NCBI GenBank assembly: GCA_965202585.1
Contig: OZ241830.1
Coordinates: 27,124,423 to 27,158,000, forward strand
Direction: 5' to 3'
Origin: Thalia democratica
Lineage: Eukaryota
Length of the DNA stretch: 33,578 nt
Shown: positions 1 through 10,934 of the stretch, piece after piece
Layout of the letters: each line of letters begins with the position of its first letter
Position numbering within the stretch: the stretch's first letter is position 1
The notes under the pieces: generated by a model
The model's database searches: none
Told to the model about the DNA's origin: nothing
The model's input: the letters and a program-made list of their open reading frames with translations, nothing else
Made by a program: the position numbers and the translations under genes

Positions 1-2
1 CA

Positions 3-1121
3 CTGTTTAAAACACATAAATTAAATAAATCAGAAGTTTTGAATACAAACATTTTTGAAATACCAACTCGACTAGTACAATATGCAAGTAACATTACCAC
101 TTCAAAAGTTACAAGCTTTTTAGAAACGTTATTTAAACCAATAAGTATTAAATTTTGTAAATATGATGTAAATGAATACTGTTAAGACAGCAAAAGTTAT
201 TTAGAAGATTTAGATTTATGGAAAAAAAGTTTACCACAAAATTATTTGAATAAGCAAATTTTTTTTTAGTCGCTGCAGATGTACAAGGCTTATACCCTAA
301 CATAAGTTGAGAATTAGTTAAAATTAGTTTGTCAAATGCAATCGAAAAGTGCAAAAACTATTGAAAACAAGTAAATAAAACTTTAATCGATCTTACAATG
401 TTTTGTTAAGAAAATTTAGTAGTGCAAAACCCAACATCATTCTATTCGCAAGTAAACGGAATTGTTACCGGAGATAACAATTCTGTTTTAATTGCCAATA
501 TTGTGCTACATCATATAATATTACAAGTTAAAACAACTTTGAAAACATCAATACTTTTCAAGCGTTACATCGATGACACTATCTTTTTTGCCCAAACCAG
601 AACAGCCACAGATAATATCAAAGACAAACTTGAATTTGTGTTTCAAAAGTATGATTTAAAACCTATTTTTAGAGATTTTTCTCACCAAAGTAAAAAACAA
701 AGAGTTGGAATTTTTAGATGTCAATCACATCGTAGATAAAGAAGAAAAAGGTGGATTTTATGTAAGGAATTACATAAAGCTTACCGCTATCAATAGGGTT
801 TACATCAATGGAAGATCTTATCATACTCGCTCAATTTATAAATCTATTGTATTTAGCGAATCTATAAGATTAAGAAGATTGTGTGAACGGGATTGTGACT
901 ATTTGGAAGCTTTGAAACTATTGAAAGATAAGTGCATAAAATCATACTTTTGCGAGGGTTTAGTTGGAGAGATGCTGGAAAAAACAGAAAAGTTGAACGA
1001 TCGGTTCAGACCACCAACAAAAAGAACGAAGGAAAGTAACAAAAACATAAGCATTTGGACGACAATCTTTCCAAACTTGCTAAAATTAACAAAAAGAGAA
1101 AAACAGTTAAATCAAAAATGA
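3..1121 (+). pseudogene. PLE-1 reverse transcriptase remnant (fingers/palm/thumb)
   Basis: RT motifs A (DVQGLYPNI), B' (QVNGIVTGDNNS) and C (YIDD) are present. They are interrupted by an in-frame TAA at 183-185, a frameshift in the T-run at 259-267, further stops, and a frame change between ORFs 422-739 and 705-1121. Confidence 0.9.
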
Positions 1122-1312
1122 TGATAACATACAAACAGCCGCAGACTATTGCAACTTAACTAACTAACTACAAAACATTAGCTTATGAAGTAAAAATGAA
1201 GACGGAATTTCATCCCCTTGTGGTAAATGTTTGCTTTGGAAAGATACAATGGTAAAGTAAACAAGCTTCTTAAAGTTAAAAAACAAAAAAAACGATAAAA
1301 TTGAAAAAAAAC

Positions 1313-1650
1313 TTAAATTGCAAAAATTTTGGGATATATGCGGCAATTTGTAGTGAATGCAAAGAGTTCTGTGTCGGCCAGACAATCACGTCCTTTTCGC
1401 AAACATGATGCTCTCACAGACACATCTGGAAGAGTACAATCACAGATGATGTTAGTGATAGGGCAGCACTTAACTACATTACGCCAAAAAACAGAAAACA
1501 ACGAAAAAAGATTTAAAAGAAGCTTTTTCAATTATCTTTGTAGACACCACTAATAATTATTCAGACTTAAATTGTTTGGAAAGTAAATGGATCAATAAAC
1601 TTGAAGCAACAATTAATATAAACAAAACTATATTACTACTTTGCAGATAA
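1313..1650 (+). pseudogene. PLE-1 GIY-YIG endonuclease remnant
   Basis: Frame 2 reads LNCKNFGIYAAICSECKEFCVGQTITSFSQT*CSHRHIWK (TGA 1406-1408). After a frameshift near 1471, frame 1 reads LHYAKKQKTTKKDLKEAFSIIFVDTTNNYSDLNCLESKWINKLEATININKTILLLCR*. Confidence 0.88.
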
Positions 1651-2129
1651 TTGACTACAATACTATTATTTAACATGATTTAATGTTTATAAAGTTTTTG
1701 ATTATACATTTCTAAATATCTTAACAAGTTAAGGTAATACGCACTACTACTTTCTCGAATTATTTATTATCATTATTCACTCTATTTATTTTTGATTTTT
1801 TAACTTTAACCAACAATAAGCTCGATTACTATTTTTATTAGTACTTTTATTTTCTTTATACATTTTAAAGTATTATAACACATCAAAGTGTAACAATTTA
1901 ATTTCATTTGATCCTTTGTTTTTGATTTGATTTTATTTCATTTACTTTTTGAGAGTTTAGACTAGAGATACTAATAAGATTTACTATTTGAAAAAACTTT
2001 TCAATATTTCAAAGCCAGGCATTTTAAAACAAAATTTACTTTAAAACTTGATTTATAATTACGTCATAACATACTTTTTTAAAACTTTTTATATGCAAGA
2101 AAATTTTGAATTAATTCAGTTCTAATATA

Positions 2130-2172
2130 ATTGCCTACTGAAGACGAATTTTTTGAACGTACTTTAGGCAAT
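2130..2172 (+). ncRNA. Degenerate minimal type I hammerhead-ribozyme-like motif in the PLE-1 3' region
   Basis: ATTGCCTA-CTGAAGA-CGAATTTTTT-GAA-CGTAC-TT-TAGGCAAT. It has a perfect 8-bp stem I, an intact CUGANGA box, GAA lacking one A, a near-palindromic stem III and a UU site. Stem II is poor. PLEs are known to carry such minimal HHRs. Confidence 0.5.
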
Positions 2173-4574
2173 GTAACGAGTACTTATAACTTTGTAGATT
2201 TTCTTGTAAAATAAAAAAGAATTTTTATTTAAAACGGTTTTATATTTAAATAAAAGCCATACAACATCATTACTATTTTAATATTCACAATTTTGTCTGT
2301 TTAAAACATTTGTTTCACTACAGTGAACTAAATAAGAAAAAATCACATTGAAGGTTAAATATTTTGTTATCTATATATATATGAAAAAGATCTCTATATT
2401 TGTCTTTACAAACCTATCTAAAGTATCAAACTACTATTTTTATGTTTTATAAATTTTGGAACGTTCAAGTTTAAAAAAATAGTAAATAAAATAAAATAAA
2501 TAATATATACCCAGCGCAAAAAAAAAATTAAAATCTGTCAGAAAATATAACAACACTTAGTCAGATACACATTTTTAAAATAAACACTTTAAAGTTACAT
2601 GTACTGTTTTATTTTTATTTTCTTAGACACTGCTTTAACAAGAAACGTGAGAATTTCGAACTGTTTGTAGAGTTTATTACATTTCAGTCTAATAATTTTT
2701 TAATCGATAGGCTTTCGCAATAACTACATGTTAATTAACTTTTAATGCAACATAAACTTTTGCAAGGCTTTTTTTAATCTCATCATAAAAAAAGAAGATG
2801 AATAATAATTACGTAATCTTTATTTCACAGGTCTCGTACTTTATCAAGCGAAACACTGTTGAAAAACTTATTGTCTGTTTATTAACTGTGATTATTATTT
2901 GAAAATAACTTTAAGCTGTGTGAAAAGGTTTTTATCTTTGATATAATAAATGCATACAACATTTTTAAATTTACAGTTTTTTTATAAATAACTTTACGTA
3001 GTTATTATTACAACTAACGTTAGCAGTATACAGCATTCAAAGCATTACTGTAATTAAATTTTAAATATTCCTAATAAACTGGTTTTTAAACAAATCAATA
3101 AAAAAATATTTAATCTTAAGTTGAGTACAAATCAAAACTCATTGATAACTTTTTATTTATGTTTTTTATACAACGTGAAAAATAGGCGCTCAAAAAGTTT
3201 GGTCTAAGGACTTGATGAACGAAAAGACTTTTCGGTTAACGAGTAGTAAACCACATGTTATTTACAACTTATTACAAGTTAAAATACTAAACTTTTTATC
3301 TGAATTTTTAAACCGTAAGAAAAAATAAATAAAAAATTAAAAGAATAAAAAAAAATTAAACAAAAATTAACTAAGTTATATGTTCACTTATAAAAGTTTT
3401 TTTCATAATTTCCTCAAAAGCTTGCCTAATTAGAAAAAAAACACAATATAAGTCTAAAACTTAAAAGAATAAAAGTTAAACTAGAGAACATTTTTGACTT
3501 AAAAAATTAACTTTACCTTAATTTATAAAACAAAATAAAAAATACGAATAGTAAACATGAAAATACTTAAAAATCGTATTTACTTGAAAATACTTGTAAA
3601 TGTTTATCCTTTAAATTGAGTATTATGTAAATTTCATCTATATTAAGACTAATCAAATATTTGACGTATATATTTCGGTTGACGTAGTTTATGTCTTGGA
3701 GTTATTTTGATGCAGAAAAATTGTAGTTGTTGTTTAAGGTCATGTATAAAGATTGTTGGTTTTAAAACAAACTAACATGTCACTATAGCATTTTGAAAAT
3801 TTATTGTTTAGTCTATTTTTTCGAAAAATGTTTTAGGTAAAGCTTGTAGTTTTTCAAATTAAAATTCAAAATAAAAAATACCAAAATATCAACATACATA
3901 TGCATAAAATATTAGTTATTACTTCAATTATTTTTAGTAATTCATTTAATGTAACTAATTTGAATTTTTCTATACTTATAATTTATAATTAATAAAATAA
4001 AACTTTCATTTATGTTAAGTACATAATTATTAAAAAAGAGTATTTAATTAGTTAAATTATTTATTTAGCTTTTAAGAATTAAAGCAGATAGAATAATTTT
4101 TTTTTTGAAGATCATTCTTACAAAGATTTGTTGGATTTAAATAACTTTTCAAAGGCAGTAAATTTATTTATTTACTTAAGATAAGAAAACGAACAAAAAT
4201 ATAACTCTAAAAATTACTTTATCTAAAAATAGTGCAGTTTATGTTAATTTAAAAACTTATTAAAACTTATTAATTTGTTTTTCTAGGTTAAATAGATTAT
4301 TTTTAAATTATAACACTTAATTTATGTTATAGTTTACTCAAGTTTTGTGTTTAATTCAATTTTCAAAGCTAAAAAATACAGCAGGGACTCTAGTTTAGTT
4401 CATTTTATTACTGTTAAATTGAAATTCATATACTTTTTTTTTCTAATCTGAACTAATATTTTTTTTACATATATAATTATTTTTAAAAAAATATTGGCGC
4501 TAAAAAAAATACATAAAGTATTATTTTATTGTGTACTAAAAAAGAACTGTCTTGGTTTGTATCCAATAGGGTGC

Positions 4575-4965
4575 ACAAAAATTCAAATTCCGACAACTCA
4601 AGTTTTTGAAAATAATTGAAAGGGCCACAACTAAAAATGTAATACATATCTGTCAAATCTAAAAAATACATATTTAGGTCTTATTAATAAATACAAGTTA
4701 TTCTTTTTTTCGCAAAACATAAAATATTTTTTAAGATAGTGCTCTAATAAAGTAAAAAACATAGCTATTTTTAGTAGTTTTAAAGTATCTTCAAAATTTT
4801 TTATCATATTGCAAGAAAGAAAAAGTGGCTTGTAGATACTGATAAGATCTACATATGCATTTTTTATTTTTCCGAATTTATATTACTTTTTGAGATATAG
4901 TCTTTTAAATATTTCTTTAGAAATTAAATTGTCAAAATTTAAGTTTTCTGAATTTGAATTGTCAT
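4575..4965. mobile_element. Fold-back / MITE-like element with long imperfect inverted arms (~4575-4740 vs ~4795-4965)
   Basis: AATTCAAATTC (4580-4590) is the perfect reverse complement of 4950-4960. 4661-4685 matches the reverse complement of 4841-4865 at 21/25, and similarity continues along both arms. The outermost termini and a TSD are not recognisable. Confidence 0.6.
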
Positions 4966-5695
4966 GTAAGCAGTGTAATAGTATACTATCTAATATATCT
5001 TCGTTCATTAGACTTAATTTCTAAACTTTTTTTTAAGTCTGACTATAATTTTGCGAGTATATTTATTAACAAGCTTATAATTGTCTAGTTTTTATGAAAT
5101 TTTAAAATTTTTATATTAATACAATAAAAAGCAAAAAAGACAAAATAACTAAAACATTAAACATTAATATTAACTGTAATATCTATTAAAACTTCTTAAA
5201 TTTATTAAATTTTTGTTTAAATAAAAAAAATAGATTTAAATGAGAAGTTGTTTTTGTTTTGTATTTTTTTTTTCGAAAATTTTTTGAAAGTTAAACACGT
5301 AAAAAAACAATAAACAAATAAAATAAGATATTTTTGTTGAAATTTTGTCAAATAGATTAAACCATTGCCTATGGCTATCATTGTACGTTTTTCACTTTTA
5401 AAATAAAAAGTTACTTTTAATCTTAAAATGTTGTTGCTGAATTTAAAATTATAAGTAAACTAAACAATATATTTTAAATACGGCAAACTTGATCATTTAA
5501 ATAATTTGTTTTTATCTCTTTTTTTCAATAAAAAACATAGTTGATCGATTTTTGTTTTATCATTTTGTTGGAAATGAAAACATTTAAAAATGTCAAAAAA
5601 AAAAAGTTGGAAAGAAACAAAAAAAGTATTGTTGGAAGGATAAATCAAAACGTAGAAATAAAGCTTTTTCATAAGAATCGAAGTTAAAAGGTTAA

Positions 5696-5845
5696 CTAGC
5701 AATTTGTTGAAACAGATAGAAATCGTTTGAAAGAATCCGATTCTAGTAAAAACAAAATGTGGTTTCGTGCTTTGTCGAAAATTGATGATTCTAAATTGTC
5801 AATTTTCTCAGTAATTTCAAGCCTAGTTTTGTAAGAAACATTTAT
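5696..5845 (-). CDS. RGS: RGS terminal coding exon (49 aa + TAG)
   Basis: Acceptor ttttacag|ATA (AG at 5847-5846); INVSYKTR...DSFKRFLSVSTNC; stop TAG 5698-5696. Confidence 0.95.
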   Translation of the reverse strand: MNVSYKTRLEITEKIDNLESSIFDKARNHILFLLESDSFKRFLSVSTNC

Positions 5846-7409
5846 CTGTAAAATTATTTATTTTTAATATAAAGAAATTTTATTTCATTGAATATAAATT
5901 GTATAAAAAAAGTTAAAAGACTGTTATGTAACACGAAAACAAAAATAGACCTCTTTGCAACAAAACATAGTTTTCTGACAGTTTTTATAATGAAATAAAA
6001 TTATATTATCTTTTACATGGAGTTGGAATTCACCAAAAGCGTATAGTTGCATACGTATAAAAATAAATTGAAAAATTCCCATATACGTGTTTGCGATTCA
6101 AGTATTTGTTTAAATTAATTTAAACCGAAAAATCTTGCTAACACAAACTAAGAAGAATTTTTATGATTTGTTTAATTAACTCAACCGGGCATACAAGCAT
6201 ACTTACTTTTCTTCTAATTAAGTGTTAAGCAAGAAAACTCAGCATAAGCACAGTTGTAAAAGCATACACCAAACATTTTTGCTAATGCTTTTAAAAAAGA
6301 CCTCTAAATAATTTTTTTTATTTAAAATTTTTAACACTACTTATTTATAATTAAGCAAATATTTAATTTTTAAATCTTTTGTATCGCAAACCTCCATAGG
6401 CGCGTCTTCTAAAATGTAATCTACAAAAATTTCCTTTGCTTTTGATTTTCTGCTCTTTTCACTCTTTAACTTTTTGTATTTTTCCACTTCAGATAAAAAC
6501 ATTATGTTTTCTTCCGCGTACTCTTTCTTTAGAAATTCGTAGTAACCTGCAAAAGCCTCTGTAGAAAAAAAGGAGTTAGTTCAATTATAAATATCACTAT
6601 TTTATTTTTTTTGTATTTGTTTGAATCTAAAGTGTTTATCATATTTGTCGTTAATTGTCATATTTATCGTTGAATGCTAATACTTAAAACGAACTTAGTT
6701 CATTTTTGAAAGTTGTCATAAGCATTTTGATTAGCTAATTCAAATTTAAAATTTAAAAAGAAACTTTTTGTTTAACTTTTACATAAAAAAAAAAAAAAAA
6801 ACTAACTTTTGTCGCGAAGAACTTCTTCCAAACGTGGGCATTGTTCATTGTTACTCGCCAAAGAGCGTACGCTAAATAAAAAATAAATGAACAATAAATA
6901 AAAAATATTTTTTCTTCATTTTTGCAATATTTTTATTTATTATTGTTATAAATCCAACAAAAGCATAATTTTATTGCTATAATGCGTTTGCATAGATTAA
7001 TTTTCTGTAATAATAACCAAATTAAATCATTAGTTTTAATGAAAACTGACTGTTTAACACTGTTGAAAATTTGATAGTTATAACACAAAACTAACTGTTT
7101 AGCCAAATATTGACTTCGATCACTGTGTACCGGCCAAGTCTGACACCTCGTAATGATATTCCTTCTATTTACATCGTTTCTTCCTTTCATAAGTCTCGAG
7201 GTAAAAGAACGTATTCTCCCACAGAAACTATTACTCGTCACCTCACCACATTCAGAAGCTTCGTTCAGTTTTTCGAAGCGAGTGTATTTTGTGCGGTCGT
7301 TCAAAATTAACTTTGCCGTTTCGCGACAATCGCTTTTGTTGATGTGTTTCTCATTCGGGGACTTTTGGGCTAACGAGGCGCGAAACCGGTTTGAAATCCG
7401 GATATTGTT
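5696..7409 (-). CDS. RGS: Small RGS-domain protein (regulator of G-protein signalling); spliced gene with at least 4 coding exons, 5' end uncertain
   Basis: Joined exons read ...YLAKH|VRSLASNNEQCPRLEEVLRDKK|AFAGYYEFLKKEYAEENIMFLSEVEKYKKLKSEKSRKSKAKEIFVDYILEDAPME|INVSYKTRLEITEKIDNLESSIFDKARNHILFLLESDSFKRFLSVSTNC*. This is a full RGS box (FL..E..EEN, AP.E.N, FD.A, DS..RF). All introns are GT-AG with compatible phases 2/1/0. Confidence 0.95.
6392..6558 (-). CDS. RGS: RGS internal exon (167 nt, phase 1 to 0)
   Basis: Branch-point-like aactaac plus ttttttctacag|AG acceptor; encodes EFLKKEYAEENIMF...APME; donor GAG|gtttgc at 6391. Confidence 0.95.
6807..6871 (-). CDS. RGS: RGS internal exon (65 nt, phase 2 to 1)
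   Basis: Acceptor tttatttag|C, donor AAA A|gttagt; encodes VRSLASNNEQCPRLEEVLRDK, i.e. helix 1-2 of the RGS box. Confidence 0.9.
7096..7409 (-). CDS. RGS: RGS N-terminal exon (boundaries uncertain)
   Basis: CpG/GC-richer block with the frame open from 7466 to 6933. Phase-2 donor CA|gttagt at 7095 fits the next exon. Candidate phase-0 acceptor ttattctaaag|AAC at 7410. The first in-frame ATG is only at 7190-7188; the ORF-track 'M' at 7304 is TTG. Confidence 0.6.
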
Positions 7410-7769
7410 CTTTAGAATAAATATAACTTTAGAATTTTTGAAAGCACTTTTGATTTTTATTTTTTGTTACCCTAGCTTTTTAACTAATTTTTTATTATTT
7501 AAAATGTTAAGTTTTGTTTGAAATTATAAAAAGTTTATTTGAAAAGCATTGTTTAATCTAGAATAACTTAAAACCAATAAGTACAAAAAAATAAGATAAT
7601 ACAATAGTGCTATAAATTGAATACTAACCATTCTACCAGTAATCGAATAGTTTTTGACTTTATTTTTTTTAGTCTCTACTAAAAAAAGTTTTTTTTTGGC
7701 TGAAAATTCCAAACTTTCGTTTTTCTCTACTAAAAAGCTCCAATCTTCTACGTTTTGTAAAACAGATAC

Positions 7770-7772
7770 CAT
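7770..7772 (-). CDS. RGS: Candidate RGS start-codon exon (ATG|gtatct)
   Basis: aaaaaacATG is followed directly by a GT donor in phase 0, compatible with the 7410 acceptor, and would give a ~232-aa protein. Inference only. Confidence 0.25.
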
Positions 7773-8939
7773 GTTTTTTACGAACTCAGAATAAAAATCT
7801 AAGTGTAAAAATTAGCTAAAACGGTATTTACTAGTTTAAATTTGAATTAGATGGTTAAACATTAAATCTTTTTAATGTATTCTTTAGTCATACTCAAAGT
7901 AAGTTTAAAGTTTATTCCTTATTACTTTTAACAAAAAATACTTGAATATGATAATTTAAGACTTTCAGTACCAGTTTATGTATGCAACATTTTTTTTTCA
8001 TATTCTACTTCTCTTCTAACTTATTTCGCTTTTTTTCTTGTTCTACAGATTTTGTTCTCTATTCGTTTTCCGCTTAAGTTTGTCTTCTAACACGTATTTA
8101 AAAAAAATAAATACGTACTAGCAAAAAAAAAAATAAAACAAAAGTTTAAGCATTTATTTTTATAGTAGTTTTTTTTTTCCTGCTTTCAAAAAAAACTTTT
8201 AGTTTTGCAAACAGTAATTTTTTTTTAAAGCCTTATAACTAACTTTTCAACTAGCGTAATAAAAAAACATTATAGAAGTTTCATTCATTAAATTTAACTA
8301 ATGCAGTTTTTGAACAAATAAAAAAACTTTAATCTAAGCTCAATTAGTTTTTTATTAATTGTCTTAATCCATTTTTTTATTTTCAATTGTAAATAAGACT
8401 AAGTTAAGTCAAGTAAGTATTTAAAACTAGTTTTATTAATATACTAGTTTTTTGACTTCAAAATCTTTGCTCGTTTCAAAAAAAATTTAAAGTTTGTACT
8501 TGTAAACGATTGCGCAAAACAATATATTTATAAATTGAAATTAATTATTTTTAGAAGGGACTATATTCACAAAATAACACAAATCAGAAATTAATAATAA
8601 CATTCTTTAAAGTTTTGAAAAGTTATTTGCTTGCTTGTTTGATTAGTGCTATGAAAATAAAGATCTAAATAAAATAAAACAGAATTAATTTAAGTATTAA
8701 ATTATAATGGTATAAAAAGAGAAAAAAACTTTATTTTTTAGAATGAAAACTTTTCTACATATTAAGTTAAGTTTGGATGATAACTTGTTTATTTGAGGTT
8801 AAATGCTAATTCGCTTAAAGAATTTCTTTTTATACAAATTGAAAATAATACGTTTAAAGTAAAAGAATATAAATAAGCTTACTATTATCCTTTATTTCAA
8901 CTAAAAAAATTAAGAATTTTTTTATATAGCTTATTTAAA

Positions 8940-10420
8940 CGTATAATGCAGTTTTAAAGTATTACGTTATAGTTTTAATTTTTTAAAGTATACAACTATG
9001 TTATTCAAAGCTGTTGTAATATAATTTATTTAAACGTAAATAAAACAAAGTACAACATATACATAGACCTTTATTTGAGTCAAAAAAAAAAGCTTTTTAA
9101 AGGTTGAAGATATGTCAATAGTAAACATTGTGTGTAACAAAGTTTCGACGTCTAGTTTTGTGTTCTTTGTTTGGAATAAGCGTAATTCATAATTCACACA
9201 TAAATTTTAGCAGCTTTTGTTGTTTATTTTAAAAACTAGTTAGGTAATGGAAACAGCCTTGAGTTACCGTTACAACTTACAACAATTATGTTTAGTCGCA
9301 TCCGGTGCAAATATGATTAATACTTATTAATCAATAAATTTATACAAAGAAAGTCGACTTTAAGATAAATTGATATAAGATGATTCATTGATGTTAAGTG
9401 AATTAAACACACACACAGTTAAACATGTTATTGAGAAAACAAGTTAAAAAAGGTTTATTTTAAATAAAATTTATATTAAATTTACGTTAATTTGTTCTAA
9501 AAGCGGAAAAATGTTTTTCCACAATACCTGCAAGTAAAAACCAAAAAATACATTTTTATAATAAACAAATATTCACCAGATTATTATTGTAATATGATTC
9601 TTGGTATACTTTTGCACACTAAAATAAAGTTGTTCTTTATAAGTACTATTTTTATAAATAAAAACACAAATGTGTTTAAATAATTTGTCTAGAACGCTAA
9701 GTTAAACGAAAAAACACTTTTAAGTTAACATTATCGTGCAAAAAAATAAGATTATTTTATTAAATCTTTATTTAATTCGAGTAGCTACAATAAAACTATA
9801 AGACTTTTACAAAGTTTTTAAAAATGTGAAAACGCTGAATACTTTTTCTCGAGTAATTAATTCTAAATACTACAGAATGTGTTAAAGTTAATATTGACTT
9901 TATTAGTTACTTTTAATTTCTTTGAAATTATTTTTTATTCTAGATAAACTATTTTATTAAAACGGTTATATAATAATTTGTAAAAATAAAAAATAATTTT
10001 CATGAAGAAAATTACTTAATTAACTATAAATCACTTTAATTTTTTTTATAAATAGGTCATTAATGATGTTTTACAAAGTAATTGAAATAACACGATACCA
10101 TGGATTATTTTTACGACCTACAACGTTATTTTTAGATAGAAATGCATTTAATGATACTTAATATTTCAAAAGGTTATCAGCATCATTATATACAACGTTA
10201 CTCAGTACGGCTAGGACGTGAGTTTTATATAGGAAAAATAAACTATGCACTACTTTTGTAAAAAAAGATTTAAAAAAGTCAAAGCATAATTAAAGATTTT
10301 TACTATATTTGGTCATAGTTAAGGGTAGACAGCTTCTTTTAAGTAACAAAATAAATTTAAAGGTAAAATTTTAAGACATGCTACATAAAATAAAAAAAGT
10401 TGTGCTACTCAATAACTTTA
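8940..10420 (+). repeat. Paralogous segment U1 of a five-copy family (function unknown)
   Basis: Collinear blocks shared with U2: gccttgagttac(c/g)gttacaa (9257), attgatgttaagt (9387), aactataaatcacttt (10022), gtaat.gaaata.cacgatacca (10078), core 10169-10223, tgctactcaataa (~10402). Confidence 0.85.
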
Positions 10421-10934
10421 ATATAATAAATTAATTATTGTGACTATAAAGCCATTATTACTCTTTGAATAATATTTAAAAGGATTGTGTGCACAATTAA
10501 AATAAATTTACAACACAATTTTTTTACAAAACTTCAGTATATAGCTTAATAACTAATCATTGTTGAAATACTTCCAAGTTATCAAAATAAATTTTTACTC
10601 GAAGTTTATTTTATGCAACACAACAAAAAACATGTTACAACTAAATCGTTTTAAATGTAAATTTGATAGATACAAGATCGTAAAAAGAAAATTCGTTTTT
10701 ACTGAGTTTACATGTTAAATTTAATCAAACAATAAATTAAATTTGAATGAAATTTTATTCGTACGAGCTTAAACGTTAATTCGTTTAAATAAAAAGGAAT
10801 TTATATATTTTTACATAAGTATTATTTATTAAAATTTTCGAAATTAGATAAGCTAATTGTTTGAAGCACAAGCTTTATAATTATACTTAAAAACATATTT
10901 ACATTGTTTCAAAATATATTTTTTATTAATACAA

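Larger units (their letters stand above)
1..2172 (+). mobile_element. Decayed Penelope-like retroelement (PLE-1), 5' end outside the window; RT + GIY-YIG endonuclease + 3' UTR ending at an HHR-like motif
   Basis: PLE motifs occur in the expected order across shifting frames: LFKTHK...IPTRLVQ (3-80), LVAADVQGLYPNI (266-304), FYSQVNGIVTGDNNSVLIANI, RYIDD (YIDD 566-577), EFLDV, HTRSIYKSIVFSESIRLRRLC, PCGKCLL (~1215-1235), LNCKNFGIYAAICSECKEFCVGQT (GIY 1331-1339), LESKWINKL..IN, stop TAA 1648-1650. The 3' boundary is inferred from the HHR-like motif. Confidence 0.92.

Noticed and set aside
1406-1408. In-frame TGA next to Cys in the PLE-1 endonuclease (selenocysteine, as reported for some PLEs?)
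   Set aside because: The position fits TGG (Trp) decay, the element has many other stops and frameshifts, and no SECIS was seen.
148-1553. ORF-track entries 148-354(-), 1164-1385(-), 1313-1531(-), 1329-1553(+)
   Set aside because: Antisense or off-frame shadows of the PLE-1 coding sequence.
4483-5702. ORFs 4483-4671(-) and 5493-5702(-)
   Set aside because: They overlap the fold-back element and the RGS 3' UTR respectively, and have low-complexity composition.
7110-7772. ORFs 7110-7310(+), 7153-7521(+) and most of 7524-7772(-)
   Set aside because: Antisense shadows of the RGS exon or intron-like low-complexity translations.
9260-9310. Minus-strand ...APDATKHNCCKL* suggesting a CaaX-type C-terminus
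   Set aside because: There is an in-frame stop shortly upstream, and the U2 paralog has TGA at the first Cys.
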